Of a stretch of DNA of 40,226 nucleotides, positions 18,247 through 25,756 are shown piece after piece. This DNA is from Gammaproteobacteria bacterium (GTDB lineage Bacteria > Pseudomonadota > Gammaproteobacteria > Steroidobacterales > Steroidobacteraceae). How positions within the stretch are numbered: position 1 is the first letter of the stretch; each line of letters begins with the position of its first letter. The DNA lies in contig RGWK01000001.1 of NCBI GenBank assembly GCA_010029775.1, positions 1-40,226 on the forward strand, written 5' to 3'. The translations under genes were made by a program, and so were the position numbers. Below the pieces are notes generated by a model that was not told where the DNA came from, ran no database searches, and saw nothing but the letters and a program-made list of their open reading frames with translations.

Positions 18247-21222
18247 GTCCACCCGCACCGACAACTGCACGCGACGCGGCAGGAAGTAGCTGCGGGGCTG
18301 GCCGTAGTTGGCGGCAAACTCAACCTGCTGAATGTTGTAGCCGGTCTGCCGATCGAGCACGTTAAACACGTCGGCACGGAACTTCAGCATCGGCAAGGAG
18401 CCGATCTTGAAGCTCTGCGTGTAGTTCAGATCGAGCTGGTAATGACTGGCGGCGCGACGACTGCCCGCCGGCTCAGCGAACGAGCTGATGGCCGCCGAAG
18501 CGTTGACGAGACCATTGCCGTAGTAGTTACTCGACCAGGTCTCCCAGGGCTGTCCCGACTGATAGACGAGATACGCGCCGATGTTGGCCTTCCAATCCGT
18601 GGTGTAGTGGCCATACACCTTCAGGATGTGCGGCCGGTCACCCGACAAGGTGCCATCCTTGTTGTCCCAGACGTACTGTCCACGTGCATCGTTGTAGAAC
18701 GATGAACCGACGAAGGTGTTGGCATCGTTCACCGTGGTGGTGTTGTCCTGGTCGAAGTTGCCGCGATAGCGGCTGCGCACGTACGAAGCGTTGAGGTAGG
18801 TGCGCTCGCCCGTCCACTCGGCTTCGAGGCTCGCTTCCCAATACTTGGTGTAGCCGCCATCGACCTCGGCGATGACGTAGGTCGAACCCCCGATCTCTGC
18901 ACGGATTGCCGCGAGGTTCGGCACGTAATCACCGAGCGCGCGCAGCGCCTGCGGCACGCCACCGTTGGGGCCGTAGGTCCCTTCCTGCGAGCGCGCGAAG
19001 TTCCAGATGTCCTCCCAGAAGTGCGACCCCTCGCGGTAGCGCACGTGACCGCGGAGAGCCCAGCCATCGGACAGTCGTCGCGTGGTGCCGATCGTGAACT
19101 CATCGATACGGCGCGGTTTCATGTCGGGCACGAACACCTTGCCGCTCGAGGAGCCGCGATACACGGACTCGAGGAAATTGCCGTTCTGGTCGAAGCGAAT
19201 GTCGAGCACGCGACTGAACAAGTTGCGGTCCCAGGAGGCGGCACGGGACAACGAACTCGCCTCGGGGTTGTAGGAGGCAAAATTGGCAAACACCGTGTTC
19301 GACCCGTCGTACCGCCACGTGATGCCAAGTCGCGGCTGAATCATGTCCTTCCAGTCGATCGTGTACATCTTGTACTTGTTGCCCGGCGCGAGTTCGTAGC
19401 CCGAGACGGTGCCCTCCTTGGGCCGCAGACCCTGACCGTAGAGCTCATCCTTGCTGATGAGCACACCGAGGTTGAAGTCGAAGTCCTCCCAGGTGATCGT
19501 GTCGTTGAGTTCGATGTTGTACGACTTCGACGACGAGACGATCAGCGGCTTCAGCGGATTTCCATTGACGTCCTTCGCGCCCGACTCGGTAATCGTGGCC
19601 TGATAGAAGTATGGCACCCGCGGCGTCGTGGTCGTGGTGGTGACCGTGCCGCCGTTGTAGGCGATTACACCCCAACCCTGCGTGGTGCGCATCAACTCCT
19701 CGGAAATCTCTGAGAACTTGACGCCCGCGTGCAGCTGGTGGCTCGTGCTGCCGATCTCGAGCTTGTGATCGAGCGCTACCTCAAACGTGTCGCGATAGAA
19801 GTCCTGATCGTTGATCTCGGGCCACGCGCCGATACGACCACCACCCGCCTTCACGCCCGAAGAGTTCGTGTAGCCGTACTGGTTGATCAGCAGTTGCGCC
19901 TGCTGGTTGTAGAGGATCTGCGCAGGCGTCGTGGCCGTGGCGAGCAGGGTCGGCACCGTGAAGCGCCCCGCGTTGGTCAGATCGGCGATGTTGAGCTTGT
20001 CCCCCGGCTTACCGACGAACGACAGCACCTTGTCCGGCGTGCCTGCGGTCTCGAGGTCGAACTTGCCAAACTTGAAGCTCACCGAGGTGTTCTCGCCTGC
20101 GATCCATGAACCATCGAGCGTCAGGATGCTCTGCTCCGAGCGCTCCCCGGTGGACACCGTATCGGCATCGAGCGTGCCGATACCGGCGCCGTTGCCCTCA
20201 CGCTTGGAGGTGCGCAGGCTGACATTGAACAGCAAATCTTCCGTCGGAGCCCAGGTGAGCTTGCCGAAGTATTCGTTACGGATGCTTTCGTAATCTTTGA
20301 CTGCGCCGTACGCTGTAGTCGGATTGTCGCGGGTGACTTCGGGACGGTAGTAGGACGCGTAGAAGAACAGCGAATCCTCGATGATCGGACCGCCGAATCC
20401 GGCGTTGATCCAACTCTGGTCGAGCGAGTACTTCGAGATGCCGCGCACCTTGGAGACCAGGCTCTTGGGCTGCACCTTGTACTCGACCGTGCCCTTGTAC
20501 TCGTTGGTACCCGACTTGGAGGTCGTGTTGATGGAAAAACCGCCCGCGCGGTTGAAACCGATGGCCTTGACGCCACCGCGTTCCATCGACACGTTCGCCA
20601 CGTCATGAGTCGAGGGGTCGGCCGCGAGATTGCCGAACAGCGGCAGCGACACGTCCACACCATCGAATCCGTACTTATTGTCGACGCCTGAGCCGCCCGC
20701 AGAGGGGCCGAGCACCGCGTTTTCCGAATACTGCACGCCAGGCACGAGCTTGAGCAGGTCACGATAGCTTTGCCCCACGGGCAGACTCTCGACGTTCTTG
20801 GCACTCAAGGAGTTGCCGAGGGAGGCATTGCCTTGGCGGGACAGGCCACTCGAGACGATTGTGACGACCTGCAGGTCCTCGGCGCGCGTGGCCGACAGGG
20901 CGACATCGGCAATGGACGTCTGGTCCAGCAGCACCTCGACATCGACGCGCTGCAGCACACCGGCGGCGTTGCTGAAGGTCAGGGTGTACTTACCCGGCAG
21001 CAGCAGCGGCAGGTTGTAGCTGCCATCGGGGCGCACGGTGGCCGTACGCGGCTTCGGCATCACGTCGCTGGTGGCGGTGACGGTAATGCCGCCCACGGTC
21101 GACCCGGCCGCCTCGGCAGTGACCTTGCCGCGGATGCCACCGGCTTCCTGGGCAAACGAGGGTAGGGACAGAAGTGAGCCGGCCACGAGGGCGGCGGCCA
21201 CGGCTTTGGCGATTGGGTTCAT
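18241..21222 (-). CDS. TonB-dependent outer-membrane receptor, Oar-like (carboxypeptidase-regulatory-like N-domain)
   Basis: 993 aa with a signal peptide. N-terminal GIRGKVTAE...GGITVTATS beta-sandwich, then a plug region, a long beta-barrel with alternating aromatic residues, and a terminal ...VRVDF. Confidence 0.88.
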   Translation of the reverse strand: MNPIAKAVAAALVAGSLLSLPSFAQEAGGIRGKVTAEAAGSTVGGITVTATSDVMPKPRTATVRPDGSYNLPLLLPGKYTLTFSNAAGVLQRVDVEVLLDQTSIADVALSATRAEDLQVVTIVSSGLSRQGNASLGNSLSAKNVESLPVGQSYRDLLKLVPGVQYSENAVLGPSAGGSGVDNKYGFDGVDVSLPLFGNLAADPSTHDVANVSMERGGVKAIGFNRAGGFSINTTSKSGTNEYKGTVEYKVQPKSLVSKVRGISKYSLDQSWINAGFGGPIIEDSLFFYASYYRPEVTRDNPTTAYGAVKDYESIRNEYFGKLTWAPTEDLLFNVSLRTSKREGNGAGIGTLDADTVSTGERSEQSILTLDGSWIAGENTSVSFKFGKFDLETAGTPDKVLSFVGKPGDKLNIADLTNAGRFTVPTLLATATTPAQILYNQQAQLLINQYGYTNSSGVKAGGGRIGAWPEINDQDFYRDTFEVALDHKLEIGSTSHQLHAGVKFSEISEELMRTTQGWGVIAYNGGTVTTTTTTPRVPYFYQATITESGAKDVNGNPLKPLIVSSSKSYNIELNDTITWEDFDFNLGVLISKDELYGQGLRPKEGTVSGYELAPGNKYKMYTIDWKDMIQPRLGITWRYDGSNTVFANFASYNPEASSLSRAASWDRNLFSRVLDIRFDQNGNFLESVYRGSSSGKVFVPDMKPRRIDEFTIGTTRRLSDGWALRGHVRYREGSHFWEDIWNFARSQEGTYGPNGGVPQALRALGDYVPNLAAIRAEIGGSTYVIAEVDGGYTKYWEASLEAEWTGERTYLNASYVRSRYRGNFDQDNTTTVNDANTFVGSSFYNDARGQYVWDNKDGTLSGDRPHILKVYGHYTTDWKANIGAYLVYQSGQPWETWSSNYYGNGLVNASAAISSFAEPAGSRRAASHYQLDLNYTQSFKIGSLPMLKFRADVFNVLDRQTGYNIQQVEFAANYGQPRSYFLPRRVQLSVRVDF

Positions 21223-21347
21223 TTACGGTATCTCCCTGAGCGTTTGTTCTGCTCGACGCCGTGTCAAGCAGCGTCAAGATGACCCATTCAATTACTTTTG
21301 CCTTTGCCGCGCAAGCCTCGAGCGGCTGCGGGGTATACTGCGCGTGG

Positions 21348-21424
21348 GCGCCCGTAGCTCAGCTGGATAGAGTACTGCCCTCCGAAGGCAGGGGTCGTGA
21401 GTTCGAATCTCGCCGGGCGCGCCA
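21348..21424 (+). tRNA. tRNA-Arg (anticodon CCG)
   Basis: Cloverleaf read by eye. Acceptor GCGCCCG/CGGGCGC, D-arm AGCTCAGCTGGATAGAGT, anticodon stem CTGCC/GGCAG with loop CTCCGAA, T-loop GGTTCGAATC-like GTTCGAATC, and an encoded CCA. Confidence 0.9.
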
Positions 21425-21459
21425 TGTCGATACGCCATCGCTATTCCGGAGAACTCGCC

Positions 21460-22002
21460 ATGATCACCGCGCCGTTCAAATCCCTCTTCGTCACCTTGCT
21501 CGCCTTGAGTTCGGTACTGACGCTGGCCAATGCCCCCGAGGTCGGTAAGCCCGCTCCGGCCTTCAAGTTGCAGGACCAGACCGGCGCGTGGCGTTCGCTC
21601 GCCGACTACCGCGGCAAGTGGGTCGTGCTCTACTTCTATCCCAAGGACAACACCCCGGGCTGCACCACCCAGGCTTGCGAGTTCCGCGACAATATCTTCG
21701 CGTTCCGCCGCGCCAACGCCGTGATCCTCGGCGTCAGTGTCGACAAGGTCGACTCCAAGGAAGCGTTCGCCAAGGAGCACAGCCTGCCCTTCCCGGTGCT
21801 CTCGGATGCGAGCACCGAAGTCACCAAGGCCTACGGTTCGCTGACCAGCTACCCGCAATTCAAGCTGTTCGATATCGCCCGGCGTGACACCTTCATCATC
21901 GATCCGCAGGGCCGCATCGCCCGCCGCTTCGACAACGTGAACCCCAAGGGACACTCGGACATGGTGCTGGCGGAGCTTGCCAAGTTGCAAAAGCAGGGCT
22001 GA
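21460..22002 (+). CDS. bcp: Bcp/PrxQ-type peroxiredoxin with N-terminal signal peptide
   Basis: The ATG at 21460 is preceded by GGAGAA. Signal-like MITAPFKSLFVTLLALSSVLTLANA. AhpC/TSA motif FYPKDNTPGCTTQAC. The longer ORF from 21397 would overlap the tRNA. Confidence 0.85.
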   Translation: MITAPFKSLFVTLLALSSVLTLANAPEVGKPAPAFKLQDQTGAWRSLADYRGKWVVLYFYPKDNTPGCTTQACEFRDNIFAFRRANAVILGVSVDKVDSKEAFAKEHSLPFPVLSDASTEVTKAYGSLTSYPQFKLFDIARRDTFIIDPQGRIARRFDNVNPKGHSDMVLAELAKLQKQG

Positions 22003-22097
22003 GTGTCTTGAGGGTGTCACAACACTGAAATCTGCGACGGAATACCGGTTACCCGTCACCCGATCCGAATCACATCGACCCCCATCCGACCGATACA

Positions 22098-22131
22098 GGC
22101 CTTGAGGAGGCAATGTAGCCCCTCAAGGTCC
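22098..22131 (+). promoter_or_regulatory. 10-bp hairpin just upstream of the ribosome-binding site of the orphan gene
   Basis: GGCCTTGAGG (22098-22107) pairs with CCTCAAGGTC (22121-22130), including one G-U pair. There is no U-tract, and GGAAGGAGG follows at 22134-22142. Confidence 0.35.
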
Positions 22132-22150
22132 CCGGAAGGAGGGTGTGGTC

Positions 22151-22831
22151 ATGCTCGAGTTGCCGCCGTCAGTGCCAGGTCATGGCTCGACCCGCGTTGT
22201 GCACCGGGACATCGAGCGTCTGGTTCGCCAGCAACTTGACCAGACGAAGCCCGCACCCCGGCCCGCGCGCTTTCGCCGCAGGGTGCGCCTGACCCACGAC
22301 CTGCTGCTGCGGACGCTGGGTCCGGGGCAGGTCATTAAGGTTGAAGAGTCACGCCGACTCGCCATGTGGGCGTACTACGAACTCAACCGCGACGGCCTGT
22401 ATCAGATGTTCGGCGAGACCATGATCCGGGTTGGCGATGAGGTCGCCACCAGCATGCAGGCCTTCCCGCTGCTCGCTACCCCGCAGTTCTTCGAACGCTA
22501 CACGCGCAGCCTCGCAGGTCACGGTCCGAGCCTGATCGGGGTGATGCTCGAGGTGGTGCAGGCCCTGCTCGGTGAAGTCGGCTACGACCGACGAGCACCG
22601 AAAAACCGCTGGCCGCTCTGGAAACAGCGTGGCAGTGCCCAGTTCGCTTTGCCGCACAGCCTGGTCGCTGGCGACATCCCGGAATTCGGCGATGTAGTGC
22701 TGCGCCATGTGACGCCCAAATCGCGCCTCGAGCAACGGCGGCGCGAAGAGTGGGAACGCATCCGTCAAAGCGGCAAGGTCATCGCCGTGCGTGAACCCTG
22801 GGTGCCGCGCGTGGTGGCGGGCGGACGCTAA
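22151..22831 (+). CDS. hypothetical cytoplasmic protein, no recognisable family
   Basis: Strong RBS (AAGGAGG) 8 nt before the ATG at 22151. GC3-rich codon pattern throughout. No signal peptide, TM segment or known motif. Confidence 0.55.
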   Translation: MLELPPSVPGHGSTRVVHRDIERLVRQQLDQTKPAPRPARFRRRVRLTHDLLLRTLGPGQVIKVEESRRLAMWAYYELNRDGLYQMFGETMIRVGDEVATSMQAFPLLATPQFFERYTRSLAGHGPSLIGVMLEVVQALLGEVGYDRRAPKNRWPLWKQRGSAQFALPHSLVAGDIPEFGDVVLRHVTPKSRLEQRRREEWERIRQSGKVIAVREPWVPRVVAGGR

Positions 22832-22872
22832 AACCCTCGCTCCGCTGAGACAGCCGCAGTCTGCGCCTGATC

Positions 22873-24504
22873 TCAGCCCGCGCGCGTCGGCTCGGTCAGA
22901 TACATCGGAAACACCACCCGAACAACCTCGCGCCACAATTTTGCGCGGGTGTCGTTCTCGTTGAGGCCGGCGATATCGACCAACAGCACTTCGTGGCCGT
23001 TCTGCCTCGCCTGCACGACCGACTGCAGGGCCTCGGGTGCCGCGCCATCCGGCAGAAAAGCGACCAGCAACTCGATGTTGCCAAATTCTTTGCCGAGAAA
23101 GGTCTTCACGTCGACGAAATCGGTCAGATGCAGCACCGCATCGTGCGACACCTCCCGCTCGAGCAGTCGGCGGATGCGCAAGCCCACGCTGCGCATGCCC
23201 GGTCGGTCGATATGCAGCGCGATGATCACCGCATGCTGCGCCTTGCCGACGCGTGAACCGTCCCAGAAGTACTCCACGCCGAGTTCGGTGGCGTGCTGGG
23301 CACTGAAATATGTCTTGGCGATGGTGAAGTAGACGAGTCCGACGTTGAACGGCAGCGTCATGTCGATAACGAAATTGGAGAAGCTGATGCTGAAGAAGGT
23401 AATCACGATCAGCGCCAACTGCCCAATGACGAACACCCGATTGATGGTCGACTGATCGGTACCGGCCATGAAGGCGCGTGACATGGCCACGAGAATGCCG
23501 AGCGCCAAAAGCAGCGCCACCCACGAGGGCATCATGCGCAGTGCCGTGCCATTCAACGCATCGTCGATGGCCGTCGCAATGATGGTGCTGTCGTCGGTGG
23601 TGACCGAGGCCGAGGTCGGCTTGATCACCGATATCCCGGGAGCGGTGGCGCCGATGATCACGATCTTGCCGGCGAACATCGACCAATCGAAGTTGCCGCG
23701 ACCCTGCGAGGCGGCATAGAGATCAGCGAACGATACCCGCCGATAGTCGCCCCGCTTGTTGCGCCAGTTGAGCTTGGCGTTAGGTTCGTCGCTGACGTCG
23801 ATCGAGCCGCCCGCAAGCTGGACGATCACCGCCGCCGTCGAGGGCAACGCATGCGATTGTGTCGGCACCCAATACTGGTAGCGGCGGATGATCCCGTCCC
23901 GTTCGGCGTAAAGGTTGGAGGCACCCATGCGCTTCTGCAGATTCTCGAATAGCGGCAGGATGGCCGCCACCGGATCTGCGGATGGCGAGGGCACCGTGGC
24001 GCGCGCGCCCGGCAATCGGGCAGCATCGAGTTGGCTCACGCCGTCATTGGCCGCCGGTAGCCGCACAAACGGAAAGACGATGTTGGAATAGGAGCCTGCG
24101 ATTTCATTGAGGCTCGCGTCGCCCTCAGGGTCGTTTTTCGAAGGTTCCGACACCAGTTGATTGAGCAGTATCGCCTGCGGCGACTCCTCGGCGATGGTGG
24201 CGAGCGCCTCGGCTACGACGCTGTTGCTCCACGGCCAGCGGCCATGGTCACGGCCCACTTCCTGCAGCGAGCGTTCGTCGATATCAATGATAACGATCCG
24301 CGGGTCGGGCGCCGGGCTCGAAATGCGCAGCTTGACGAGTCGGTCGTAGATCACCTCACTGCCACGCCCCATGACACCCTGCAGCGAGTAATCCGCCAGC
24401 AGCAGCACCGCGATCCCGGCGGCGAGCAACAGGTAGAAGCGCGCCTCCCACCGTCGGCACCAGCTGCCGAAACCTTGCAGCAGAGACAGCAGTAGGGTCT
24501 TCAT
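22873..24504 (-). CDS. CHASE2-domain membrane sensor with unassigned C-terminal domain
   Basis: N-terminal TM helix, then CHASE2 hallmarks (IVIIDIDERSL, GRWPWSNSVVAEAL, KIVIIGATAPG), three TM helices, then about 140 aa with no kinase, GGDEF or canonical cyclase motifs. The start overlaps the upstream stop (ATGA at 24501-24504). Confidence 0.8.
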   Translation of the reverse strand: MKTLLLSLLQGFGSWCRRWEARFYLLLAAGIAVLLLADYSLQGVMGRGSEVIYDRLVKLRISSPAPDPRIVIIDIDERSLQEVGRDHGRWPWSNSVVAEALATIAEESPQAILLNQLVSEPSKNDPEGDASLNEIAGSYSNIVFPFVRLPAANDGVSQLDAARLPGARATVPSPSADPVAAILPLFENLQKRMGASNLYAERDGIIRRYQYWVPTQSHALPSTAAVIVQLAGGSIDVSDEPNAKLNWRNKRGDYRRVSFADLYAASQGRGNFDWSMFAGKIVIIGATAPGISVIKPTSASVTTDDSTIIATAIDDALNGTALRMMPSWVALLLALGILVAMSRAFMAGTDQSTINRVFVIGQLALIVITFFSISFSNFVIDMTLPFNVGLVYFTIAKTYFSAQHATELGVEYFWDGSRVGKAQHAVIIALHIDRPGMRSVGLRIRRLLEREVSHDAVLHLTDFVDVKTFLGKEFGNIELLVAFLPDGAAPEALQSVVQARQNGHEVLLVDIAGLNENDTRAKLWREVVRVVFPMYLTEPTRAG

Positions 24505-25694
24505 GGGCTTGAACCTTTAAATGTGCGAATACGTGGTGCGGCCGTCGAGGCGATCGCGGCTCGCTCGAGCTCGGGTGTGACCTGCGCCGCGACCGCTGCG
24601 ATGCGTTCGGGCAGCGGTGGCGTCATCGCCAACAACAGCGATGCATCGCGCCCCTTGCGCACGGCTTCATCGATATCCTCGAAGACCGTCAGCAATGCCG
24701 AGGTGTCGTAGCCGGCGCGGCCCGCCAGCACCAGAGCATCATGATCCGCCTCGAGAACCGCCGCCGAACCGACGCCTCGCGCCAGCCCGGCCACCGACAG
24801 CGTGGCACCGCGACCCAGCCACTGCTGGCGCTGCACTTGCGCAATCTCGCGTGCGAGCACAGCCGCCAGATCGTCCTCGCTGTCGAGCAGATCAAACAAG
24901 CCGCGCGTCAGTCCGACGAGACCGTTGGGCAGTCCGAAGCTGGCGATGGACGTGGAGTCGAGTACCACAAATCGCCACGGGACCTCGCGCCGCTCCGCAC
25001 CGGCGGCGACGATGTTGCCAACCGTGGAGACATATTGCTGCACGCCGAAATTGCGCACCGGTCGGGCTGCACCGAGCAGTTGCGCCGCCATCTCCTGACC
25101 TGCCGCCCGCTCCTCGGGCGACAACTGCGGCGGCAGCGAATCGGGTAGCGGGGTCAGGTAGCGCAGCGTGCGAGTTTGCAACTGGCCTGCCGCGGCGAAC
25201 TCGAGAGCAGCCTGCGGATCCGGCAGACTCTGCAACAATCGACTGAGCTCGCTCTGGTTTGGCGTGGCCGCAAGCAGCAGTTCGGCCGTCAAGGGTTTTT
25301 GCCGCTTGCCGACTCCGCGAGTGCCACTCGTCAACACCACGTTGCCGCTGGCTTCACGGCCGGTAGACAGCGCTGCGAGACCCGTGTCGAGCGGGCGGGC
25401 CGAGGGCGAGCGCAGACTCGACAAACGGAGCCAGCCCGACTGCCCCCGCAAATCTTCCACGCGGCGCCAGAATCCCTTGCGCTCGAAACCCGTGAGGTTG
25501 TGCCCCGCTCGCAGCGTCGTCACGGGGCGGGCCGTTGCCAGCGGCTCCTGACGCAATGCGTCGTCGCGAGCGAGAACCAAGCGCTCACCCCGGGTAGCCG
25601 CCCCGTCAACCGCAGCCGGTTGAGATTGGCCGAACACAGCGGACGCCCCGAGCACCAGCACGGTCAGCCACGCCTGCTTGAACACCCTCCCCAT
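24501..25694 (-). CDS. exported SH3b-like plus M48-family peptidase-like protein with degenerate zinc site (pseudoprotease)
   Basis: Signal peptide present. SH3b-like segment RAGHNLTGFERKGFWRRVEDLRGQSGWLRLSSL. The M48-like core LAAVLAREIAQV sits where M48 enzymes have LAxVLAHEIxHV. The downstream LEADHDALVLAGRAGYD resembles the E-EAD...AGYDP block. Confidence 0.7.
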   Translation of the reverse strand: MGRVFKQAWLTVLVLGASAVFGQSQPAAVDGAATRGERLVLARDDALRQEPLATARPVTTLRAGHNLTGFERKGFWRRVEDLRGQSGWLRLSSLRSPSARPLDTGLAALSTGREASGNVVLTSGTRGVGKRQKPLTAELLLAATPNQSELSRLLQSLPDPQAALEFAAAGQLQTRTLRYLTPLPDSLPPQLSPEERAAGQEMAAQLLGAARPVRNFGVQQYVSTVGNIVAAGAERREVPWRFVVLDSTSIASFGLPNGLVGLTRGLFDLLDSEDDLAAVLAREIAQVQRQQWLGRGATLSVAGLARGVGSAAVLEADHDALVLAGRAGYDTSALLTVFEDIDEAVRKGRDASLLLAMTPPLPERIAAVAAQVTPELERAAIASTAAPRIRTFKGSSP

Positions 25695-25756
25695 CGCACC
25701 AATCTAACCGGACACGGCAGTGTGCGGAAGGCCCGGCTGGTTGATATAACTACCAC

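Noticed and set aside
21334-21339. TATACT hexamer 9 nt upstream of the tRNA as its -10 box
   Set aside because: It is plausible, but the best -35-like TTGCCG (21304-21309) is 24 nt away. That is too weak to report as a feature.
22349-23686. 445-aa minus-strand ORF spanning the orphan gene and the CHASE2 gene
   Set aside because: It is out of frame with the CHASE2 gene and antisense to the orphan gene. The composition is His/Arg/Gly-rich with no signal or motif.
10245-25694. Genomic island integrated at tRNA-Arg (21348-21424)
   Set aside because: There is no integrase, recombinase or transposase, and I found no direct repeat of the tRNA 3' end (only an 8-nt chance match near 9388). The accessory clusters lie on both sides of the tRNA, so island status cannot be supported from this window.
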